Positions 31,190 to 38,728 of a stretch of 64,000 nucleotides of DNA are shown piece by piece. The notes under the pieces are model-generated. The model saw only the letters and a program-made list of their open reading frames with translations, was not told the origin of the DNA and ran no database searches. The first letter of the stretch is position 1. Each line of letters begins with the position of its first letter. Origin of the DNA: an uncultured Acidimicrobiaceae bacterium. Lineage in GTDB: Bacteria; Actinomycetota; Acidimicrobiia; Acidimicrobiales; RAAP-2. Made by a program: the position numbers and the translations under genes. The stretch spans positions 503,142-567,141 of the forward strand of contig CAWFXD010000002.1 in the NCBI GenBank assembly GCA_963819695.1, read 5' to 3'.

Positions 31190-32643
31190 CGGGGGTCTCC
31201 CGCCGCCGGTACCGGGTCGAAGATGGTGCCCGGATTGAGAATGCCGTCGGGGTCGAATGCCGCCTTGATCCGGCGCATGAGAGCGAGTTTGCCCGGGTCC
31301 TCGAGCTCGGCCAGGTAGGCCCGTTTCTCGGTGCCGATCCCGTGCTCGCCGGACACCGCACCGCCCAACGACACGCCGGCGGCGACGATGGCGTGCACGA
31401 GCTCACGACGGACTTCCGGGTCGGACTGCCACACGGAAAGGTGGACGTTGCCGTCCCCGGCATGGCCGCACCCCACCACCAGAGACGATGTCCGCGTCGA
31501 CAGGTCGTTCACGGTGTCCAGGTAGCCGGGGATCGAGGCGCGCGGCACGACCACGTCGACGATATCGTCGGCGCCCGCGGCCTTGGCGGCCCAGAAGGCC
31601 CGTTCACGTGCCTCCACCAGCTGGGTGCCGGCACTGGGCGGGAGCACGTAGACATCGAGCGCCCCAAGCCCGGCGAGCTGCTCGGCCAGTGTCTGGGTGT
31701 CCTCGTCGAGCCGGTCGGCACGATGGTTTTCGAGGACGATGACCAGGTAGGCCAGCGCCTGGTTCCGGATATCGTCGGGGATCCCCAGGTCGATGCCGGC
31801 ATTGGCGGTGATCCCGGCCATCGACACCAGGTCGATGTACTCCACCATCAGCGGCGCCACCCCGCTGGCCACCACGGGCGGCACCGAGGCGGCGATCCCG
31901 TAGAGAGTGGCGAAGGGAGCCAGCAGCGTGGCCTGGTGCTCGGGTCGGGGGTGCAGCCTGAGGGTCGCCCGGGTCACCAAGGCCAAGGTGCCCTCCGATC
32001 CGATGATCAATTGGGTGAGGTCGTAGCCGCTGGTCGACTTCACGAACTTGCCGCCGGCGTTGATGACCTCACCGGTGCCGAGCACGGCCTCGATGCCCAG
32101 GACGTGGTGGCGGGTCACCCCGTACTTGACCGCCCGCATCCCTCCGGCGTTGGTGGCGATGTTGCCGCCCAGACTGGCCGACTGCTCACCGGGGAACACC
32201 GGGTACAGCAGGGCGTAAGGGAGAAGGGCGGCGTCGAGGTCGGCCAGCGTCACCCCCGGCTCGACCACGGCCACGTGGTTGTCGGTGTCGATCTCGAGGA
32301 TGCGGTTCATCCGCTCGAACGACACCACCAGCCCGCCCTCCACCGGGGTGGACCCCCCGGACAGCCCTGTCCCTGAACCCCTGGGGGTGAGCGGTACCCC
32401 CTCGGACCTGGCCAGCGCCACGACGGCAGCCACTTCGGCGGTGGACGCGGGGCGCACCACCGCCAGCGGCCGGACCGGCGCGGCGGTGAGCGCCTCGTCG
32501 TGGGTGTCGTCCTCGTTCACGCCGACCCCGGTATCGACGTTGGCGACACCGACGATCTCGACCAACCGATCCTCCACGGTTGGCTCGGATATCCCCCCAG
32601 GGGTGGTGGCGACGACCGCCCGTGCCGATGACGATCGCGGCAT
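31186..32643 (-). CDS. FAD-linked oxidase (GlcD / D-lactate dehydrogenase-like)
   Basis: FAD_binding_4-type PRGSGTGLSGGS and the C-terminal GEHGIGTEKRAYL...KAAFDPDGILNPG. The stop overlaps the start of the TPP enzyme gene. Confidence 0.85.
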   Translation of the reverse strand: MPRSSSARAVVATTPGGISEPTVEDRLVEIVGVANVDTGVGVNEDDTHDEALTAAPVRPLAVVRPASTAEVAAVVALARSEGVPLTPRGSGTGLSGGSTPVEGGLVVSFERMNRILEIDTDNHVAVVEPGVTLADLDAALLPYALLYPVFPGEQSASLGGNIATNAGGMRAVKYGVTRHHVLGIEAVLGTGEVINAGGKFVKSTSGYDLTQLIIGSEGTLALVTRATLRLHPRPEHQATLLAPFATLYGIAASVPPVVASGVAPLMVEYIDLVSMAGITANAGIDLGIPDDIRNQALAYLVIVLENHRADRLDEDTQTLAEQLAGLGALDVYVLPPSAGTQLVEARERAFWAAKAAGADDIVDVVVPRASIPGYLDTVNDLSTRTSSLVVGCGHAGDGNVHLSVWQSDPEVRRELVHAIVAAGVSLGGAVSGEHGIGTEKRAYLAELEDPGKLALMRRIKAAFDPDGILNPGTIFDPVPAAGDPR

Positions 32644-33062
32644 TCACACCCTCCCTTTCGACCTAACGACGACAGATTAACGCTTGTTTCAAGGCAGCTC
32701 ACCAGGCTTGACGGCAGGCTGGGTTACGACATAAGGGTCAGACCCGTCATCGTGCTCAAGTCCGGCTGGAAATCCCCGACCAGACGACGGACCGGCGCCG
32801 CCCCCACCCTCGCCGCGTACGGGGGCCCGGTACCCGGCTGTCAATGGCGGCAAGTCACCCTCGGTTGCCACGGTCCCTCTCCGGACGTCGAGGTCAAAGG
32901 AGCAGGCCCGATACCACGCACAGCGTTATTTCGTGCAAAAAAGCCCACGAAAAAGGGACTATTGTCACAAATTTTCGGCAATTCTCTCATGGTCACTTCC
33001 CGGGGCGACGAAGGCAATGGAGCAGAGAACGCTCGATGGCTCGTTTACGAAAGGGAATTGCC

Positions 33063-33773
33063 ATGAAGATCGTCGGTCATATCAGGAGCAACAAGCGGGG
33101 ATTGCTTGTGTCCGTCGCCGCGGTGGTTGCCCTGGCGACGACCGCGGCGTTCACACTCGGCGCCTTCAGCGCCACCATCGTCAACAGTACCAGCAACTTC
33201 TCGTCGGCCACCATCCAGCTTCAGGAGGGTAACGGCGTGACCACCTGCTATTCGACAGGCACTGGTACCGGCGGCTCAGTCACCGCCGCCAACTCGAATG
33301 CGGGCTGCGGCATCAACGTGCTGACCGGCACCCTCGGGCAGGTCCCGGGGGGCACCGCACTCACCAGCACGATCACCCTGACCAATGTCGGGAACCATGC
33401 CGCTGCGGCGGCGACTCTGGCGGTGGGCGCCTGCACGGCGGCCGCCGCCTCTGACTCGAACCTCTATGTCGGCGCCGACCTGGCCGGCAATGCCTTCTGC
33501 GGCAAGGTTGACGTCACCATCGCCAACACCACGACCGGTGCCACAGACAAGTGCGTCTACCCGACCCAGGCCGCCGTCTGCCCCGGGCTATCGAATACCT
33601 ACAATCTGACCACGCTGGCGACGGCGGCGACGTTCAATACCACGCCGATGTCAGCCCTGGCCCCGGCCGGGACGGCCACCTATGTGGTGACGGTCCAGCT
33701 CGATGCCGCGGCCACCAACGCCGACCAGGGCCTGACCGCGACGGTGCCCTTCACGTGGAGCATCAGCCAGTAA
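33063..33773 (+). CDS. Secreted TasA/camelysin-like protein with SipW-cognate-type signal peptide (P1, candidate major fibre subunit)
   Basis: AAGGGA RBS 7 nt before ATG 33063. MKIVGHIRSNKRG + helix LLVSVAAVVALATTAAFTLG + AFSATIVNSTSNFSSATIQL. The body is Thr/Ala/Gly/Asn-rich with 6 Cys. It lies two genes upstream of a SipW-type peptidase. An alternative ATG is at 33036. Confidence 0.7.
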   Translation: MKIVGHIRSNKRGLLVSVAAVVALATTAAFTLGAFSATIVNSTSNFSSATIQLQEGNGVTTCYSTGTGTGGSVTAANSNAGCGINVLTGTLGQVPGGTALTSTITLTNVGNHAAAAATLAVGACTAAAASDSNLYVGADLAGNAFCGKVDVTIANTTTGATDKCVYPTQAAVCPGLSNTYNLTTLATAATFNTTPMSALAPAGTATYVVTVQLDAAATNADQGLTATVPFTWSISQ

Positions 33774-33799
33774 TCCTGGAGCATCCGCCAGTAACCCAC

Positions 33800-33823
33800 G
33801 AGGCCAGCTGTGCCCGTGGCCTC
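33800..33823 (+). terminator. Hairpin between P1 and P2 (possible attenuating terminator)
   Basis: GAGGCCA-gctgtgcccg-TGGCCTC: a 7-bp perfect stem and 10-nt loop, 27 nt after the P1 stop, with no U-tract. Confidence 0.3.
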
Positions 33824-33873
33824 TCCGGGCCCGGGCGCAGCCGACCTCGGCGAGCTTCGAGAGGACGAGGACC

Positions 33874-36018
33874 ATGCGCGTAGTCCCGTTTGTTTCTCGA
33901 CATGGCGCGCACAAGGCCCTCGGGATCGTGGCGACGGTCGGAGTTTTGCTCCTCGTCCTGGGCACCGCGGCGGTGGCGGCGGGATTCGGCGCACACCTGG
34001 TCGGCAACACCACCAAATTCTCCTCGGCGACCATGCAATTAGAGGGGACGACGGCCGCCGTCAACTGCTACTCGACGGGGACCGGCTCAGGCGGCTCGGT
34101 GAACTCCAATTCGACCAACTGCGCGGCCGGATCCCCGCTTCCATCAGGGTCGCTTTCCAGTTCCGCGTCGTCGAACGCCACGACCACCTTGACGTCTGTA
34201 GGAAACGCGAACGCCTCGGCGGCGACGGTGAGCTCGCCGACCTGCGGGGTGGCCCAGCTCGCCGATGCCGGCACCAATGTCCAGTGGAGCGGCTCGGGAT
34301 CCAACACCGCGCTGGTCTTCAACGGCATCACCTACCAGGCGACGGGGCCGATGACCGGTGGCCAGGCAATCACCACCGACGGATCGACGGGATGGGCGGA
34401 GACGACCGCCTCCTACGTCAATCCGGAGACCTTCACCGTGCTCGTGTGGTTCAAGACGTCGTCTCCGTCCGGGGCCCTCATCGGGTTCGGGAGCCAGACG
34501 AACCCGGTCACCTCGACGCCGGCAACTCACGACCGCCAGCTCTGGGTGGACTCGAGCGGGAAGCTGGTCTGGGGTCTTTATAACGGCGGGCTCGACCAGG
34601 TCACCAGCTCCTCGACCGTGGACGGCGGATCGTGGGAGTTCGCCGCCGCGACGGTCGGGAGCGCCGGGCAACTGCTCTACGTGAACGGCGCATCAGTCGG
34701 CACCGGCACCACCACCAACACAGCCGCCCAGAGTTTCACCGGATGGTGGAGCTTGGGTTACGCCTCGCTGGCCGGCTGGAACGATATCCCCACCAACTAC
34801 TACTTCAACGGCTCGATGGCTCAAGTGGCGGTGATCCCTTCGCAACTGACCGGGTCACAGATCTCCACCCTCTACGCCGATCGCAGCTCACTGAGTACCT
34901 ATACGTCTGCCGTCAACGCCTTCAACCCCGTCGACAGCTGGGGGCTCAGCGACTCGGGCACGGTCCCTTACCTTGGCTCGGTCCCTGGAGCGACGGCGTC
35001 GACGACGCTCGCCGATGCCTCCGGCAACGGCAACACTGGCAGCGCACAAGGCGGGGTCACCCTGCAGTCAGCCGGTCCTACCACGCTCGGCGGCAACGCC
35101 GTCTTCCTCGACGGCTCTTCGGGCTACGTGGAGACCGCCAATTCCTACTCGAACCCCGAGGGGTTCTCCGCCGTCGCCTGGTTCAAAGCATCGGGTACCT
35201 CGGGCGGCACCGTCCTTGGTTTCACTACGTCGCAGACGAACGCAGCCCCCAGCAGCTGGGATCGTACCCTCTGGCTCGACAACTCCGGCAAGCTGGTGTG
35301 GGGGGTTTATCCGGGGTCGACGAGCGAGGTTACCTCGCCCCTGGCCTACAACGATGGAAACTGGCACATGGCGGTGGTCGAGATCGGCTCGTCGGGACAG
35401 CAACTGTGGGTGGACGGCACCCGGGTCGCATTCAACGCCTCGGTGACCACCGCGCAGAACTATACGGGTTACTGGCACCTCGGCTGGGGTTACGAAAGCT
35501 CCTGGCCTGACGCCCCGACCAGCGGCTACCTGTCCGGATCGTTGGCCCAGGTGGCGATCGTCCCTACCCAGCTCTCGGCATCGAGCATCTCCAACCTGTA
35601 CACGGACACTTCCGTGGGCGACTTGACCGTGGACATGGGCGCGCTCTCGCCCATCTCCTACTGGCCGCTCGGTGATTCGTCGTCGAATGTCTGCGGCACC
35701 ACTGAGCTCACGGTGCAGCAGACGGTGGGGTCCACCAACACCTGCATCTTCCCGGCCGCCACGGGCACCTGCGCCGCCCCGAGCTCGGCCAACCTGATCA
35801 CCGGAGTCGGCGCCCGCACGATCACCGTGCCCGATTTCGGGGACGACCGTGGCGATCAAGATCACCCTCGAGTTGAGCTCGGCTTCAGGTACCGCGGTCA
35901 AGGGCCTTCACCTCCTCCCGGACGTGTCCTTCACCACGACCAAGGGTTCGACGCTTTGGTCCGCCGAGATCGCCTACGCCAGCGCGTCGGCATGGCTATG
36001 ACCCGGGGAAGGCCATGA
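33874..36018 (+). CDS. Large secreted P1 paralogue carrying two LamG/concanavalin-A-like lectin domains (P2); 3' end frameshifted, true stop probably TGA 35999-36001
   Basis: Leader HKALGIVATVGVLLLVLGTAAVAAGFGAHLVGNTTKFSSATMQL resembles that of P1. It has two duplicated modules (..TFTVLVWFKTSS..DRQLWVDSSGKLVWGLY.. and ..FSAVAWFKASG..DRTLWLDNSGKLVWGVY..). After 35842 the protein-like sequence continues in frame 2 (TTVAIKITLELSSASGTAVKGLHLLPDVSFTTTKGSTLWSAEIAY). Confidence 0.75.
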   Translation: MRVVPFVSRHGAHKALGIVATVGVLLLVLGTAAVAAGFGAHLVGNTTKFSSATMQLEGTTAAVNCYSTGTGSGGSVNSNSTNCAAGSPLPSGSLSSSASSNATTTLTSVGNANASAATVSSPTCGVAQLADAGTNVQWSGSGSNTALVFNGITYQATGPMTGGQAITTDGSTGWAETTASYVNPETFTVLVWFKTSSPSGALIGFGSQTNPVTSTPATHDRQLWVDSSGKLVWGLYNGGLDQVTSSSTVDGGSWEFAAATVGSAGQLLYVNGASVGTGTTTNTAAQSFTGWWSLGYASLAGWNDIPTNYYFNGSMAQVAVIPSQLTGSQISTLYADRSSLSTYTSAVNAFNPVDSWGLSDSGTVPYLGSVPGATASTTLADASGNGNTGSAQGGVTLQSAGPTTLGGNAVFLDGSSGYVETANSYSNPEGFSAVAWFKASGTSGGTVLGFTTSQTNAAPSSWDRTLWLDNSGKLVWGVYPGSTSEVTSPLAYNDGNWHMAVVEIGSSGQQLWVDGTRVAFNASVTTAQNYTGYWHLGWGYESSWPDAPTSGYLSGSLAQVAIVPTQLSASSISNLYTDTSVGDLTVDMGALSPISYWPLGDSSSNVCGTTELTVQQTVGSTNTCIFPAATGTCAAPSSANLITGVGARTITVPDFGDDRGDQDHPRVELGFRYRGQGPSPPPGRVLHHDQGFDALVRRDRLRQRVGMAMTRGRP

Positions 36019-37268
36019 CCGCCATCGTGGTGCCGCCGGCACGGTACTCCGTGACGGAGGGTAGTGAGTCCAGGCGTCGGCTGACCCATCGGGATAGAAA
36101 TGCACCGGAGGCGACCAAGGGCCAGCGCCGGCCCACCGGTGGAGGCGTCCTCTCGCTGCTGGCCATTGCTGCCGTGGTTCTCTCGGTGGCGGGGGTGCTG
36201 GGGTGGCAACTCACCGGCGGAAAGCTCGTGGTGATGGAGACCCCTTCCATGTGCCCGACGGTGTGCGTCGGGTCGCTGGTGGCCGACCGGCCGCTGGTGG
36301 GTCCGGTCCACGTCGGAGAGCTCATCACCTTCTACCCTCCGAACACCCGGGCCGAGACCTACACCCACGAGATCTCCCACATCTTCCCCAATGGGATGAT
36401 CCAGACCCGAGGGGTGGGAAATCCACAGCACGATCCCTGGCTCATCACCCGCTCGGACATCGTGGGCCGTACTGCCTTCAGCATTTGGGGGCTCGGGTGG
36501 GTGTACAAGGCGCTCCCCCTGCTGGCCGTCGGCGTGATGGCCTGGGTACTGGCGCGCCCCAGCGTCGCGAGGCGGTCACGGAGGGCTTGGGACCTGGGCT
36601 GGGCAACGATCCTGGTGATCCTCCCGATCTGGATGCTCCGTCCGCTGGTACGAGCAACGGTCATCACCTCGACTGTTGACAAGGCCCACCCGCACTGGGC
36701 AAGTGTCAGCGTGGTCAACACGGGCATCCTTCCCGTCTCCTTTCACATTCCCGGCGGGACCACCGCTGCGCCTATCGCGTCGACCGGCCGGGCCGTGCTC
36801 TCCGGCCCGGCGTCCGCCAACCGGCCCCTGGTGGTGCACCAGACGGCGTTTCTCCCGTGGTGGGGCTGGGCCATCGCCGCCCTGTTGGTGCTCTCGCCGC
36901 TCATCGGCTATCTCTGGCATGCCTGGCGGGACAGCGGACCGGTGCCGGAGCTGGCCACCGACCCGGACGACTCGATCGCCTTGGACCCGCCCTTGGCGGG
37001 TTTGGTGGTCTCGGGGTCGGGGACTCCGGACCGGCCATCGGATCTGATCTCGCACTGCTGCGTCGTTGGCGCCCCGGCACGAACCCCCGTTAGCGTTGGG
37101 GCGCGGCCGGGTGTCTACCCCGGCCGCCGAGGCGATCGCACAACCGTCCCCGTACCCGTCCCCGTCTGCAACGAGTTCGCGAATTTGAAGGCAAGAGACC
37201 AGTTGAGAGAGCGCACGAGCGGGTCGCGGTCGGGGTCGGATTGTCCCGCATCAACCCGTGGCCGCTGA
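36015..37268 (+). CDS. SipW-type (ER/archaeal, S26B-like) signal peptidase I, atypically long with extra TM/beta-rich C-terminal region
   Basis: N-terminal TM (VLSLLAIAAVVLSVAGVLGW), Ser box METPSMCPTV, GELITFYPP, His box YTHEISHI and a degenerate GDNN box (RGVGNPQHDPW). More TM helices follow. The 3' end is doubtful (see hairpin 37103-37127). Confidence 0.65.
   Translation: MTAIVVPPARYSVTEGSESRRRLTHRDRNAPEATKGQRRPTGGGVLSLLAIAAVVLSVAGVLGWQLTGGKLVVMETPSMCPTVCVGSLVADRPLVGPVHVGELITFYPPNTRAETYTHEISHIFPNGMIQTRGVGNPQHDPWLITRSDIVGRTAFSIWGLGWVYKALPLLAVGVMAWVLARPSVARRSRRAWDLGWATILVILPIWMLRPLVRATVITSTVDKAHPHWASVSVVNTGILPVSFHIPGGTTAAPIASTGRAVLSGPASANRPLVVHQTAFLPWWGWAIAALLVLSPLIGYLWHAWRDSGPVPELATDPDDSIALDPPLAGLVVSGSGTPDRPSDLISHCCVVGAPARTPVSVGARPGVYPGRRGDRTTVPVPVPVCNEFANLKARDQLRERTSGSRSGSDCPASTRGR
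37103..37127 (+). terminator. Strong GC hairpin (terminator-like) inside the nominal 3' tail of the peptidase ORF
   Basis: GCGGCCGGG-tgtctac-CCCGGCCGC: a 9-bp perfect stem and 7-nt loop. It is followed by about 130 nt of lower-GC sequence before the ABC gene start. Confidence 0.4.
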
Positions 37269-38058
37269 CCCCGTCATCCGGGTGACCGGGCTCAGCGTGG
37301 TTCGGGACGGGACCGCGTTGATCGAGGACATCAACTGGGTCGTGAATGCCGGCGAACGGTGGGCGTTGCTCGGCCCCAATGGCTCGGGGAAGACCACGTT
37401 GCTACGGGTGGTGGGCTCGGCCCTCTGGCCCACCCGAGGCGTGGTGGAGATCTTGGGTGAACGCCTGGGTCACGTCGACATGCGCATCCTGAGGCAACGG
37501 ATCGCGACGGTCAGCGCGTCGATCAGTAGATCGCTCCGACCTCAGTTGTCCGCCCTCGAGGTGGTGCTGACCGGCCGCTATGCCGTGCTGGAGACGTGGT
37601 GGCACGACTTCACGGCTGGCGATCGAGCCGAGGCCGATCGGCTGTTGCGGTTGGCGGGATTTGGGGGTGACTCGTTCGACGACCGGTCATTCGGGTTGTT
37701 GTCCGAAGGAGAGCGCCAACAGGTGCTGCTGGCGAGGGCGTTGATGGGCCAACCCGAACTCCTGTTGATGGACGAGCCGGCGGCAGGGCTCGACCTCGGG
37801 GCACGAGAGCGCTTGGTCCGGCGCCTGTCGGTGCTGGCCGATGACCCGTCGGTCCCGGCGTTGGTGCTGGTGACCCACCATGTGGAGGAGATCCCGCCGG
37901 GGATGACCCATGCCGCGCTCCTCCGCGAGGGCCGGATGGTGGCGGCCGGACCGGTGAACCAGGTCCTCACCGATCGGGCCGTGTCCGATGCCTTCGGCGT
38001 CGAGGTGGTCGTATCGCAGTCTGAGGGCCGCTGGTCGGCTCGGGCGATGCCCCGGTAA
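37258..38058 (+). CDS. ABC transporter ATP-binding protein (stand-alone ATPase, no permease adjacent)
   Basis: Walker A GPNGSGKTTLL, Q-loop, signature LSEGERQQV and Walker B LLLMDEPAAGLD. Confidence 0.85.
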   Translation: MAADPVIRVTGLSVVRDGTALIEDINWVVNAGERWALLGPNGSGKTTLLRVVGSALWPTRGVVEILGERLGHVDMRILRQRIATVSASISRSLRPQLSALEVVLTGRYAVLETWWHDFTAGDRAEADRLLRLAGFGGDSFDDRSFGLLSEGERQQVLLARALMGQPELLLMDEPAAGLDLGARERLVRRLSVLADDPSVPALVLVTHHVEEIPPGMTHAALLREGRMVAAGPVNQVLTDRAVSDAFGVEVVVSQSEGRWSARAMPR

Positions 38059-38169
38059 GCAGACACTCGAGGAGCTGGGGATCCCAGTCCTTAGCGGGGC
38101 GAGCGTGGCGTTCTTCGGCCCGGGAATGACTCCGGCGCCGGAGGGTCAAGCAGCCGAGGTGCTCTGAGA

Positions 38170-38625
38170 CTAAGAAGCTTTGGCTCCCACGTCGTCAGAT
38201 GCCGCGAGGGCAGCAAGAAGTTCGGCATCGCGTTCGTAACTGAGCAGGGCCAAGGCATCGGCGACATCGAGCCACCGCAACTCGTCCACCTCATCGTTGA
38301 GCGTGAATCCCTCATCCTTCTCGACGGTCATCTTCCAGTAGGCGACCACCTTCTGGCGGTCCTTGCGGTCGCGGTACTCCGTGTGGCCGAGGAACCGGCC
38401 CAATCGACAGATGAGCCCGGTCTCCTCGTGGACCTCGCGCAAGGCGCATTGCTCCAACGTCTCACCGTCTTCGAGTTTGCCCTTCGGAAAGGTCCAGTCC
38501 GCTCGCGCCGGGCGGTGGACGATTACCACTTCCAATCGGCCGCGAATCCTCCGCACCACCAACCCGCCGCCCGCCCTGACGATCTCGCTCTGACTCGAGC
38601 GAGTTGCTGCGGCTATTTCCCACAT
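38170..38625 (-). CDS. NUDIX hydrolase
   Basis: Nudix box GKLEDGETLEQCALREVHEETGL. Confidence 0.85.
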   Translation of the reverse strand: MWEIAAATRSSQSEIVRAGGGLVVRRIRGRLEVVIVHRPARADWTFPKGKLEDGETLEQCALREVHEETGLICRLGRFLGHTEYRDRKDRQKVVAYWKMTVEKDEGFTLNDEVDELRWLDVADALALLSYERDAELLAALAASDDVGAKAS

Positions 38626-38728
38626 TTGCGAGACTACCGCCGTGGACCGTCAATTTGGGGCATTTGTCGAACGATGACTGGAAGACCCTCAGAACGCGTC
38701 CCGGTATGGGCGCTGTAGCCTTTGGGCC

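Noticed and set aside
32915-32975. CACGCACAG... resembling the 5' end of a c-di-GMP-I (GEMM) riboswitch upstream of the TasA-like gene
   Set aside because: Only the first 9 nt resemble the remembered Vc2 sequence. I could not find the paired P1/P2 helices, the GNRA tetraloop/receptor or the conserved ACGCAAAGC core, so the match is probably chance. An Rfam covariance scan would settle it.
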